Positions 9,275 through 17,980 of a stretch of DNA of 56,561 bases are shown piece after piece. The translations under genes and the position numbers were made by a program. This DNA comes from Candidatus Eiseniibacteriota bacterium (GTDB lineage: Bacteria > Desulfobacterota > Binatia > UBA9968): NCBI GenBank assembly GCA_035559295.1, contig DATMBL010000158.1, positions 1 through 56,561 on the forward strand. The letters run 5' to 3'. The notes beneath the pieces were generated by a model. The model was not told the DNA's origin. It saw only the letters and a list, made by a program, of their open reading frames with translations, and searched no databases. The number at the start of each line of letters is the position of its first letter. Position 1 is the stretch's first letter.

Positions 9275-10462
9275 GTGAAGACGTATAAACAGACGATGGG
9301 TGTTCTTGCCATCGGATATTGGAGCCAAGCTCTAACCAACGGAGCTCTGAGAGTTGTGGTACCTATTTACTTCGCTGCGACCGGAGTGCCCCTTTCTAAA
9401 ATCGCATTTCTATTCTTTCTGTTTAAATTTGCTGAGATCTTTGCCCCTGCGGGTATAGGTCTGATGCTTAACCGCGTAGGATATAAAGTAACTTTTGTAA
9501 CCGCTTTGGCACTCCACAGTGTAATTTCATTGTTTTATTCGGCTCCCGGGTTTGCACTGGTTTATGTCGAACGGTTTACGCGTGGACTGCTTTACATGGC
9601 GGATATCACGGCAGTCTACGTAAAGCATTTTTCTCCCAAGCATAAACAACGGTTTCTCATTAATGCCATTCTCGGACTAAAGGAGGCGAGCAAAGGAATT
9701 GGAATGATCGCAGGCGGGCTGCTGATTGTCTATCTCACGATCGAGAATACGCTCGCAATCTTTGCGCTCTGTACGGGTTTATCGGCGCTTTTTGCAGCGT
9801 GGTTTCTGCCTGACCTTAAAGAAGAAGCCAGGCTGCCGGTACTGAGAATCTGGGGTGCGGTCGATACGAGGGTAAAAACGCTCGGGTTAGGATTTGGATT
9901 GCTGAACGGTGCTCTCGATGCCTGGGGCGTCGTCGTGCTGCCAATTTACATGACAACGGTGCTCGGAATGACCCCGGGGTTTGTGGGTACAGTCATGATG
10001 GGGGAGTATATTTTCCAGGGGCTCATCGTTGCATGCTTCGCAAGGTGGGTTAATCTATCCTGGGCGCCTAGAAAGTTATTGATCTTAGGAGCCTTTTTGT
10101 TGATTCCGGTCACAATTGCCCTGTCTTTTGCGACCGCTCTTTACCCTTTGCTGCTGGGAATATTCATTTATATGTTTCTCTTCAGCGCGTCAATGGTTTA
10201 CTATAATCATCTTATGCTGGACTTCGCCAGTGAGGAGAAAACATCTCTCGACCTGGCTACGTACACAACCTTGACCAATATATTTAAGCCAATTGGGGTC
10301 TTTATTTCAGGGTTCCTCGCTGAATCGATGGGATACAGTTGGGCTTACTACTTTGCTGCTATAATGACCCTTGCTTCCGCCTTGACATGCATCGCTCTTC
10401 CAAAGTCGGGTCCTCAGGTAGCTGATGCTGGCGCTTCGAAAGTAAACGTTCAAGTGGCTTAG
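9275..10462 (+). CDS. MFS-type transporter
   Basis: 395 aa with about 12 hydrophobic segments throughout. It has a GTG start and lies 22 nt after the VTC gene. Confidence 0.75.
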   Translation: MKTYKQTMGVLAIGYWSQALTNGALRVVVPIYFAATGVPLSKIAFLFFLFKFAEIFAPAGIGLMLNRVGYKVTFVTALALHSVISLFYSAPGFALVYVERFTRGLLYMADITAVYVKHFSPKHKQRFLINAILGLKEASKGIGMIAGGLLIVYLTIENTLAIFALCTGLSALFAAWFLPDLKEEARLPVLRIWGAVDTRVKTLGLGFGLLNGALDAWGVVVLPIYMTTVLGMTPGFVGTVMMGEYIFQGLIVACFARWVNLSWAPRKLLILGAFLLIPVTIALSFATALYPLLLGIFIYMFLFSASMVYYNHLMLDFASEEKTSLDLATYTTLTNIFKPIGVFISGFLAESMGYSWAYYFAAIMTLASALTCIALPKSGPQVADAGASKVNVQVA

Positions 10463-10471
10463 GGAGGGTTT

Positions 10472-11380
10472 ATGGCTCGCGCTGGGGCTTGTTGGCTTGC
10501 GGCTTTGCTTATTGTTGTGCAACTCGATGTGGTCTTTGCGAACGATAAGAAGGTCCTTGTTTTCGGCCGAGTATTCGACGATCCCGTTAGAGCTATACGG
10601 GATCGTCAGGAGTTCGTGGACTATCTGGCAAGACAGCTGGCGCCCTACGGCATCTCGAGCGGGAAGATACTCGTCGTCGAAAAAATACACATGTTGGCCC
10701 AAGCGCTTCGAGAGGGCAAGGTGGACCTCTTTCATGACAGCGTAGTGCCGACATTGGTGCTCTCGAGACGTGCAGGGGCAATTCCGCTTCTAAGGCAATG
10801 GAAATTTGGCACGCCCGATTACCAGGGGCTTATCGTAGTGAGGAAGCACAGTGGTATCAATTCTCTTGCTGATCTAAAAGGCAAAGTAATTGCTTTCGAA
10901 GAAGCGCATTCCACTTCCGCCACCGTGCTTCCGCGGATGCTTCTAGAGCAGCACGGGTTGGATTTGATGGAAATCAAAACCCCCGGCTCGCCTAACCCAA
11001 ACGCAGTCGGTTATTTTTACGGCAGCGACGGCAATTCAATTAATGTTTTGATCACCGGCCGCGCGGATGCGGGCACAACCATTCACCGGGAATTCGACCG
11101 GTTGCGACCAGAAATCCGGGACTCGTTGAAACTGCTAGCCGCGACCGAATCCGTTCCAAGAAACATTGTAGCGGTTCGCAAGGATCTCGATCCGCGGCTA
11201 ATCAACGCAATAAAGGAAGTTTTGGTCAATATGGACAAAACACCGGAAGGTAAACGTGTGCTACAAGCGACACAGAATACAACTAAATTTGATCCTATCC
11301 CTCCAGAATCAGTCGCACAGTTGAATCGAATTGAAAAGTACGTTTTTTCATCGCTGGGTAAAGAGGTAGATTCGTGGTAG
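10472..11380 (+). CDS. Periplasmic substrate-binding protein, PhnD-like (phosphate/phosphite/phosphonate SBP fold)
   Basis: 302 aa with a signal-like N-terminus. It shows the PhnD-type pattern (VLVFGRV...FVDYLARQL...GKVDL...YQGLIVVRKHSGINSLADLKGKVIAFEE..STSATVLP). No ABC permease or ATPase is adjacent, and it sits directly upstream of a sensor kinase. Confidence 0.7.
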   Translation: MARAGACWLAALLIVVQLDVVFANDKKVLVFGRVFDDPVRAIRDRQEFVDYLARQLAPYGISSGKILVVEKIHMLAQALREGKVDLFHDSVVPTLVLSRRAGAIPLLRQWKFGTPDYQGLIVVRKHSGINSLADLKGKVIAFEEAHSTSATVLPRMLLEQHGLDLMEIKTPGSPNPNAVGYFYGSDGNSINVLITGRADAGTTIHREFDRLRPEIRDSLKLLAATESVPRNIVAVRKDLDPRLINAIKEVLVNMDKTPEGKRVLQATQNTTKFDPIPPESVAQLNRIEKYVFSSLGKEVDSW

Positions 11381-11389
11381 CATCGGCGC

Positions 11390-12898
11390 ATGAATCTCCG
11401 GGGACGGTTTAGCCTCAAGTTAAAGATTTTTGTTTTTGCTGGGCTTTTCTTTCTCGCCGCAATCGGCACCCTCACTTTTTTCACCATTCGTTTCCAACGA
11501 GAGCTGCTGTTAAGACAAATGGGCGAACGGGCCAAGGCGGGAATCAGCCTGATGGAGCTGAGCGTCACCGGGGCTCTTTACAGGCTCGATACGTATCGAT
11601 TGGAAACTATTGCTCGGGAGGCCAAAGCTCTACCTAACGTGGATTATGCCTACATTTTTGATGAGAAAGGAAGAATCGTCGGGGACTTTCACGAAAATCA
11701 GAGTCACCTTTTTACGACATTCACTGATGCCCTTGGTAAGCGAATTTTGAATTCCGACAAAATCCTGGTGCAGATCGATCATGAAAAGGAGATCCTGGAT
11801 ATTTCGAAGCCCGTATGGTTGGGCAATCAGAAACTGGGAGGCATTCGTCTAGGCTTCGATTTGAAGCCGATACTTGAGGAAATCAAAAGAGCTTCGCTGA
11901 GGGCATTGGCGATTTCAGCCGCTATTTTGATAAGCGGCTTAATTGTTATCTTCGTCGTCACCACGCGACTGACCAAGCCGATCGAAAGGCTTACTGTGGC
12001 CGCTAAGCGGATCGAAAGCGGCGATCTTCAGTATCGCGTTGGGATCCAAAGAGACGACGAAATCGGTACGCTGGCCGTGGCCTTTGATCAGATGGCCGAG
12101 CGCTTGATGCAGCGGGAGAGAGAGCTCAAGGAATCGCAGGATATCCTGCGACGCGCCGACCGGCTCAGTTCGCTCGGCTTGCTAACCGCCGGGCTGGCGC
12201 ACGAGATTCGCAATCCGTTGGTTGCCATCCGGACCTTTACCCAATTACTCCCCGAGCGCTACCAAGATGCCGAGTTTCGGGAGGGCTTTCAGGGCCTCGC
12301 GCTCAAGGAAGTGGACCGGATATGCGGGCTGATCAACGATCTGCTGAGCTTCGCGCGGCCATCGCGCCCAAACGTAGCGGAAGAAAACCTCAACGACGTC
12401 GTCGATTCGATCGCCCGAATTCTCGAAACCGAAGCAAAAGAAAAAGGCGTCGAGATCGTTCGCAACTACGCCGCGAATCTGCCCAAAGTTTGGATTGACA
12501 GAGAGCAGATGAAGCAGGTATTTATGAATGTCGTTCTGAATGCCATTCAGGCGATGAAAGAGGGAGGTTCGCTTTTCATATCAACCCGCGTGCTCACGAG
12601 AGAAGAGGCCGGCGATGGCGGCCTGTTTCTCCAGGTGGAGATTCGCGATACCGGCGTCGGCATCCCAGAGGAGAATCTCGAGCATATCTTTGATCCGTTC
12701 TTCACCAGCAAGGATGAGGGAAGCGGGCTCGGCTTGTCGATCTCGCATCAAATCGTTCAGGAGCATGGCGGCTATATTGTGGTTGAAAGCAAGGTCGGCA
12801 AAGGAACGACGTTCTTCATCAACCTGCCGGTCGGAAAACAGATTCGCCCTTCAAGCAACGGTCGAGCGATAAATGAAGCGAATCTTAATCATCGATGA
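11390..12898 (+). CDS. Sensor histidine kinase (2 TM + periplasmic domain + HAMP + HisKA + HATPase_c)
   Basis: 502 aa. Motifs seen are the H-box LAHEIRNPL, N-box NVVLNAIQA, G1 DTGVGI, F-box FDPFFT and G2 GSGLGLS. The HAMP-like region is TKPIERLTVAAKRIESGDLQYRV. Confidence 0.9.
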   Translation: MNLRGRFSLKLKIFVFAGLFFLAAIGTLTFFTIRFQRELLLRQMGERAKAGISLMELSVTGALYRLDTYRLETIAREAKALPNVDYAYIFDEKGRIVGDFHENQSHLFTTFTDALGKRILNSDKILVQIDHEKEILDISKPVWLGNQKLGGIRLGFDLKPILEEIKRASLRALAISAAILISGLIVIFVVTTRLTKPIERLTVAAKRIESGDLQYRVGIQRDDEIGTLAVAFDQMAERLMQRERELKESQDILRRADRLSSLGLLTAGLAHEIRNPLVAIRTFTQLLPERYQDAEFREGFQGLALKEVDRICGLINDLLSFARPSRPNVAEENLNDVVDSIARILETEAKEKGVEIVRNYAANLPKVWIDREQMKQVFMNVVLNAIQAMKEGGSLFISTRVLTREEAGDGGLFLQVEIRDTGVGIPEENLEHIFDPFFTSKDEGSGLGLSISHQIVQEHGGYIVVESKVGKGTTFFINLPVGKQIRPSSNGRAINEANLNHR

Positions 12899-14720
12899 GT
12901 CGCCTGCCGTTCGCGAAACCATTGCCCTGATTTTGGGCCGAGAATTCACCGTCATCCAACGATCTCCAGAAAAAGGAGTGGAATTCAGCGACAACGCCGA
13001 AGAAGCGGAATTGATGATCATCGGCGTTGCCCCGGTCATGGGCGGCGTATCGTCCCACTTGGCTCATCTGGCGGCGCGCGCGCCCGTTGCGATTTTGTTC
13101 CTGGTCGATTCCAAAGCCGCCCTGCGTCAGTTTCAACCCGCGGGCAACATCGGTTGTCTCGCGAAGCCGTTCAATCCCTACGAACTGCGCGAAAAGGTCG
13201 GCGAGCTTCTCGCCCGCCGGTCGATCCGGCCGCCGGCGCGCCGGAGCCAGGCCGAAAAACCCAACCCGGATCTAACCCGCTTCATCGAGTATCCCTTTGT
13301 CACCCGAGCGAGTGCGTCTTTGGTTCGAAGGTTCGCGGCAACGCGGCTCCCGCTGCTGATCATGGGCGAAGTCGGCTCCGGTCAGGACCGCGTGGCGCGC
13401 GCGGTGTTCAGCCTCGACCCCCGCGGCGGTACCTGGGTATCGATCAGCGGCGCTGAAGTGACCGCCGCCTCACTTTCCGACCTGAGTCGCGAAATGGCGT
13501 CCTTACCCCTCGATCTGGCCGTGACGATCGCCGTGGAGAGTCTCGACAGCGTGCCGGCGCCGGCCTTTTCACCCCTTGCGAACTTTATCGAGCAGGAACA
13601 AAATAGGCGGGTTTATTGCCGGCTGCTCGCAACCTCCAGGGGCGACCTGTTGGAGCGCGTGTATCGCGGCGAGTTTCCGGATTTCCTTTACTACAGGTTT
13701 GCGACGCTGAAGATCGCATTGGCGCCGCTTCGTGAACGGCAGGACGACCTCGCCGACCTTGCCGCCTGGTTTGCGCGACTGTATGCCGAGCGCCTGGGGT
13801 TGGGTGAGGTCGTATTGTTGCCCGCGGCGGTGGCGCGATTACGCAATTACCTGTGGTTCGGCAACGCGGCTGAAATGGAAACGGTGATTGCGCGAACCCT
13901 GGCAGCGCGACGAAAGCGTGAAATCGACGAAGGCGATCTGATCTTCGACTTTTCCGAAGAGCCGCTCGTCTCGGAACCGGCGGATACTCTCGGCCGCCAG
14001 ATTGCGCCCGAAGGCAACGAGGCGATCCGGACGGTTTCGAGCGCCCCTGCCGCTAGCGGGCTGCGCAACGGCAGATCCGTGGAGTTGCGGGTTTTGATCC
14101 ACGAACTGGCGCACGAGCTTAAAAATCCCATGGTGACGATAAAGACGTTTGCGCAGCTTTTGGGGGAGCGTTACCAGGACGAGACCTTTCGCGCGCGCTT
14201 CCAGGACGTCGTCGACGGCGACATCGAACGCATGGACGATCTCCTCGAGGTCATGATCGAGTTCGCGGATTTCTCCCCTCCGCGTCTCGGACGGCTGCTG
14301 CTCGAAGATCGGCTGCGCTCGACCGTCGAGGAGCTCGGGCAAGAGTTTTCGCGCAAGCAGGTGACGGTCCGCTGGAGCGGCAACGGCAACAAGCGAGAGA
14401 TCCTCGCCGACGCGGCGCATTTAAAATACATTTTCAAAAACGCCCTGTTGGCGATGCTCGCTCAGGCGAAGGCGGGAAGCGATTTCGATATTAGACTCGA
14501 GCGACCCGGCAGCGCTGAGATCGCATACGTGCGCGAAGGCGCGCGTATCATGCCGATCACGCACTATCTCGCCGCCGCGCCCGGAGAAGCCCCCCTCGAG
14601 GTTCTGCCGCTCCGTTTGCTCCTCGCCAAGCAGTTGTTGGAGAGAAACGGCGCGCGAATGACCACCGAGCATTTAGGCGACGAACGCGATCTCATCAAGA
14701 TGGAGTTTACACTTGCTTAG
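12873..14720 (+). CDS. Degenerate chimera: pseudo-receiver + inactive sigma54-type AAA+ domain + HisKA-like DHp + degenerate HATPase-like domain
   Basis: 615 aa, overlapping the kinase gene by 26 nt. The REC-like N-terminus (ILIIDES...KPF) has Gly where the phospho-Asp is expected (LMIIGVAP). The AAA+ core has Walker A GEVGSGQD instead of GESGTGKE, lacks an LDE Walker B (IAVESLD) and has no GAFTGA loop, yet it keeps YYRF..L.PLRERQDD and WFGN..E. The C-terminus has LAHELKNPMVTIKTFAQLLGERYQD, but the G1/G2 ATP-lid motifs are absent. Confidence 0.8.
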   Translation: MKRILIIDESPAVRETIALILGREFTVIQRSPEKGVEFSDNAEEAELMIIGVAPVMGGVSSHLAHLAARAPVAILFLVDSKAALRQFQPAGNIGCLAKPFNPYELREKVGELLARRSIRPPARRSQAEKPNPDLTRFIEYPFVTRASASLVRRFAATRLPLLIMGEVGSGQDRVARAVFSLDPRGGTWVSISGAEVTAASLSDLSREMASLPLDLAVTIAVESLDSVPAPAFSPLANFIEQEQNRRVYCRLLATSRGDLLERVYRGEFPDFLYYRFATLKIALAPLRERQDDLADLAAWFARLYAERLGLGEVVLLPAAVARLRNYLWFGNAAEMETVIARTLAARRKREIDEGDLIFDFSEEPLVSEPADTLGRQIAPEGNEAIRTVSSAPAASGLRNGRSVELRVLIHELAHELKNPMVTIKTFAQLLGERYQDETFRARFQDVVDGDIERMDDLLEVMIEFADFSPPRLGRLLLEDRLRSTVEELGQEFSRKQVTVRWSGNGNKREILADAAHLKYIFKNALLAMLAQAKAGSDFDIRLERPGSAEIAYVREGARIMPITHYLAAAPGEAPLEVLPLRLLLAKQLLERNGARMTTEHLGDERDLIKMEFTLA

Positions 14721-14757
14721 CACGGAAAAGAAACCGGCCCCAGAGAAAAAGAGAGAC

Positions 14758-16152
14758 ATGAGCCAGCCGCTGTTGCTGGTCGTCGATGACGAACTCGGAG
14801 TGCGACAGTCCCTCCAGATGATCTTCAGCAAGTCGTTTCGCGTCGTCGAAGCGAGTTCGGCCGAGGAAGCGCTCCAGAGAGCCAGCGAAGACAGGCCCGA
14901 TATCGTGCTGCTCGACATCGTCATGCCGGGGACGGACGGGCTCGCCGTTCTCAAGCAGCTGAAATCGATGCATCCGGATTGTCAGGTGATCATGTTGACC
15001 GCGCTGAACACAGCGCGTACGGGTTTCACGGCGAAGAGCACAGGAGCGTTCGACTACGTGACCAAGCCTTTCGATGTCGACGAGCTGCGCCTGCGCGTGG
15101 AGCGCGCGATGGAAAAGATTCAACTCTCCAGGGAACTCGAGCGGCTGAAGGAAGAAGTCGGGCGCAAATACGGCGTTGACAACGTTATCGGCAAGTCGAA
15201 GCAGATCGTCGACGTCTTCAAAGCCGTCAGTATGGTGGCCGCCAAAAAGAGCACGGTTTTGATCCACGGCGAGAGCGGCACGGGAAAAGAACTGATCGCG
15301 CGCGCGATTCACTATAACAGCGATCGTCGGGCGAAGCCGTTTGTGGTCGTCAATTGCGCCGCGCTACCCGATACACTCATCGAAAGCGAGCTTTTCGGCT
15401 ACGAAAAGGGCGCGTTTACCAACGCGTCGCAGAAGAAAGTGGGCCGGTTCGAGCTGGCGCACGGCGGCACGTTGTTTCTCGATGAAATCGGCGAATTGAA
15501 TCTGGGAACGCAGGCGAAGTTCCTGAGAGCCGTCGAGCAGGAAACCTTTACCCGTTTGGGCGGCACCGATGAAATCAAGGTGGATGTCCGCGTCATTGCG
15601 GCGAGCAACCGGGATCTGGAGGTCATGGCGAAAGCCGGCGATTTTCGGCCGGACCTCTTTTACCGCCTCAATGTCGTCTCGCTTTATCTGCCGCCGCTCA
15701 GGGAGCGGCGCGACGATATCCCGCTGCTTTTGGATCATTTCCTGCGCCTGAAAGCCAAAGAGCACTCGGTTCCGCCGAAGTCGCTTTCGCCCGAGGTGGT
15801 CGATTTTTTTACCGCGTACTATTGGCCCGGCAACATCCGCGAGCTCGAGAATCTGATCGAGCGGCTGACGATTTTAACGCCTCATGACACGATCATGCTG
15901 CGCGACCTTCCCGAGAGCATGCGCGCGACGGATCAAACCGCGACACTCAAAGAAGACGTTCTGAGCGGCGCCCGGCCATTGAGCGATGCGGTCGATGAGT
16001 TCGAGCGTGAGCTGATCGTCAAAGCCCTGCAGAGGACCGGGTTTAACCAAACCAAAGCGGCTTCATTGCTTGGCACGAGCCGCCGCATCTTGAAGTACCG
16101 GATCGAGAAGCTGAAAATCCACGAGTCCAGCGTCGACGAGGCGAAGTTGTAG
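14758..16152 (+). CDS. Sigma54-dependent response regulator (NtrC family: REC + AAA+ + Fis-type HTH)
   Basis: Motifs seen are LLVVDDE, IVLLDIVMPG and KPF in the receiver. The AAA+ domain has GESGTGKE, GAFTNA (a GAFTGA variant), LFLDEIGEL, FRPDLFYRLNV..LPPLRERRDDI and WPGNIRELEN. The C-terminus has QTKAASLLGTSRRILKYRI. The track ORF begins at a TTG at 14713. I prefer the ATG at 14758, which lies downstream of the preceding stop at 14720. Confidence 0.92.
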   Translation: MSQPLLLVVDDELGVRQSLQMIFSKSFRVVEASSAEEALQRASEDRPDIVLLDIVMPGTDGLAVLKQLKSMHPDCQVIMLTALNTARTGFTAKSTGAFDYVTKPFDVDELRLRVERAMEKIQLSRELERLKEEVGRKYGVDNVIGKSKQIVDVFKAVSMVAAKKSTVLIHGESGTGKELIARAIHYNSDRRAKPFVVVNCAALPDTLIESELFGYEKGAFTNASQKKVGRFELAHGGTLFLDEIGELNLGTQAKFLRAVEQETFTRLGGTDEIKVDVRVIAASNRDLEVMAKAGDFRPDLFYRLNVVSLYLPPLRERRDDIPLLLDHFLRLKAKEHSVPPKSLSPEVVDFFTAYYWPGNIRELENLIERLTILTPHDTIMLRDLPESMRATDQTATLKEDVLSGARPLSDAVDEFERELIVKALQRTGFNQTKAASLLGTSRRILKYRIEKLKIHESSVDEAKL

Positions 16153-16160
16153 ACACAGCT

Positions 16161-16174
16161 GGACAAAATTGTCC
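16161..16174. promoter_or_regulatory. Palindrome GGACAA-AA-TTGTCC, candidate enhancer-binding (UAS) site
   Basis: A perfect 6-2-6 inverted repeat, read directly from the sequence. It lies about 75 nt upstream of the sigma54 promoter match, which is the usual distance range for a bEBP UAS. Confidence 0.35.
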
Positions 16175-16247
16175 CCTCGACTCTCGCCCCTTACCCTTCG
16201 CGGCCAAGATTCCGGTTGTAAATTAACCTCTTAAGTCCGCCCTCTGC

Positions 16248-16263
16248 TGGCATGCCGGTTGCT
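16248..16263 (+). promoter_or_regulatory. Sigma54 (-24/-12) promoter candidate TGGCATG-N4-TTGCT
   Basis: The sequence cTGGCATGccggTTGCT matches the consensus YTGGCACG-N4-TTGCW in all invariant positions (GG and GC 10 nt apart). It sits immediately upstream of the ATG at 16278, which has no Shine-Dalgarno sequence. Confidence 0.55.
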
Positions 16264-16277
16264 TCGCTTTCTCCGGC

Positions 16278-17399
16278 ATGGATGCGCATAAGGCCAATAT
16301 CCTGATTGTCGATGACGAAATGGGGCCGCGGGAATCGCTTAAAATGATCCTGCACCCGTATTATAACGTCCACGTAGCCGACCGCGGTGCGCGCGCCTTC
16401 GAGATTCTCAAACAATACCCCATCGATCTCGTCACGTTGGATCTCAAGATGCCCGGCCTGACCGGCATCAATGTGCTCGAGAAGGTGAAGCAGCACGATC
16501 CCGATATCGAGGCGATCATCATCACCGGATACGGCTCCCTCGATACCGCCATTGAAGGGCTCCGGCTCGGCGCGTTCGATTACATCTCCAAGCCTTTCGA
16601 CGTCAATCACGTGCTGGCGCTGGTCCGCCGGGGCTTGGAGCGCCGGCGCGCCAAGGCGCGGTTGCGCGAAGTCAAGGCGGATTTTCTCTCCAACGTCTCG
16701 CACGAGCTCCGCACCCCCCTCAGCGTCGTCGTTGGCTTCGTTTATCTGCTGTTGAACCAGGTGATCGGCAAGCTCACCGACGAGCAGCAGAAGGTGCTCG
16801 AGACGGTTTATCGGAATTCAGAAGAGCTGCTCGAGTTGATCGATAACGTGTTGTGGATGACGTCGCTCAATGCGGGCGATAACGATGCCTTCGTCGCTCC
16901 GTTCGACGTGCGCGATGTGATCGAGCAAACCGCCAAACGCTACGAGCGCATTCTGCGAGAGAAGGGCTTGACCCTCAGCATCGAGGGTTGTTCGTCGGCG
17001 CTGCGCATCGTCAATGACCGGTCGAAAATCGAGCGCATCGTTCAGAACATCTTCAGTAACGCCGTGAAGTTTACCGCGCGCGGCGGCATCCGCGTGATCG
17101 CGCGTCCGAGCGCGGCCGGCGGCGTCGAGCTGGAAATCGGCGATACCGGGATTGGTATCGAGCGGGCCAAGTTGGATTCGATTTTTGAGCCGTTTCACCA
17201 GATCGATAGCTCGATCCACCGATCGTTTTCCGGTCTTGGGCTTGGCCTCACGGTGGCGCGCCGGATGGCGGAGCTGATCGGCGGCAGCATCGAGCTCAGC
17301 AGCGAGCCCGGCGTGGGGACGCGCGTAACGGTTAGAGTTCCCTCCAAAGCCGAAGCCGGCACGGCAGCGCTGGCGATCGAGCAGCGGCGCTACGGCTAA
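16278..17399 (+). CDS. Hybrid response regulator / histidine kinase (REC + HisKA + HATPase_c)
   Basis: 373 aa. Motifs seen are ILIVDDE, LVTLDLKMPG, KPF, the H-box SHELRTPL, N-box NIFSNAVKF, G1 DTGIGI and G2 GLGLGLT. Confidence 0.9.
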   Translation: MDAHKANILIVDDEMGPRESLKMILHPYYNVHVADRGARAFEILKQYPIDLVTLDLKMPGLTGINVLEKVKQHDPDIEAIIITGYGSLDTAIEGLRLGAFDYISKPFDVNHVLALVRRGLERRRAKARLREVKADFLSNVSHELRTPLSVVVGFVYLLLNQVIGKLTDEQQKVLETVYRNSEELLELIDNVLWMTSLNAGDNDAFVAPFDVRDVIEQTAKRYERILREKGLTLSIEGCSSALRIVNDRSKIERIVQNIFSNAVKFTARGGIRVIARPSAAGGVELEIGDTGIGIERAKLDSIFEPFHQIDSSIHRSFSGLGLGLTVARRMAELIGGSIELSSEPGVGTRVTVRVPSKAEAGTAALAIEQRRYG

Positions 17400-17434
17400 G
17401 CTGTCGCTCGGGAGGCGCGCTCGCCCGTCGCGCT

Positions 17435-17980
17435 TTAACCCTCGACCACGACCTCGTCCATCCTGTCCACTTCCCTGAGTTTCACTTGCACGTCCGCGCT
17501 CGACGAAAGGCTGAGCTTCTTGCCGACGTAATTGGCCGCGATCGGCAGTTCCCGGCCGCCCCGGTCGATCAGCACCGCGAGGTGGATCATCCGCGGGCGG
17601 CCAAAATCGATCAGGTGGTCGACGGCGGCCCGGACCGAACGCCCGGTGTGGAGGACGTCATCAAACAAAACGACAATCTTGTTGCTGATGTCGACCGGAA
17701 TCTGGGTGTGATCGATCGTTCTTCGCGGGAGGAGCGCGTTCAAATCATCGCGGTAGAGCGCGATATCCATCTCGCCCACCGGGATGTGCTTGCCGGCGCG
17801 TTTTTCGATCAGCTGCGATAGCCGTTTTGCGAGATACGGGCCGCGCGTGCGAACGCCGATGAACACGACTTGGTCGAGAGTGCCGTAGGCGCGGAGGATC
17901 TCCCGGCTGAAGCGCTCGAGAATCGCCTTGATTTGAGCGGCGTTCAAAATCCGCTTTTTTTTTCGGCTAGAGCCTTTCAT
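17435..17980 (-). CDS. pyrR: Bifunctional pyrimidine operon regulator / uracil phosphoribosyltransferase PyrR
   Basis: 181 aa. It has the PRPP-binding loop VVLFDDVLHTGRS and the typical PyrR N-terminus (ILNAAQIKAILERFSREI...FIGVRTRG). It overlaps the upstream gene by 14 nt. Confidence 0.9.
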   Translation of the reverse strand: MKGSSRKKKRILNAAQIKAILERFSREILRAYGTLDQVVFIGVRTRGPYLAKRLSQLIEKRAGKHIPVGEMDIALYRDDLNALLPRRTIDHTQIPVDISNKIVVLFDDVLHTGRSVRAAVDHLIDFGRPRMIHLAVLIDRGGRELPIAANYVGKKLSLSSSADVQVKLREVDRMDEVVVEG

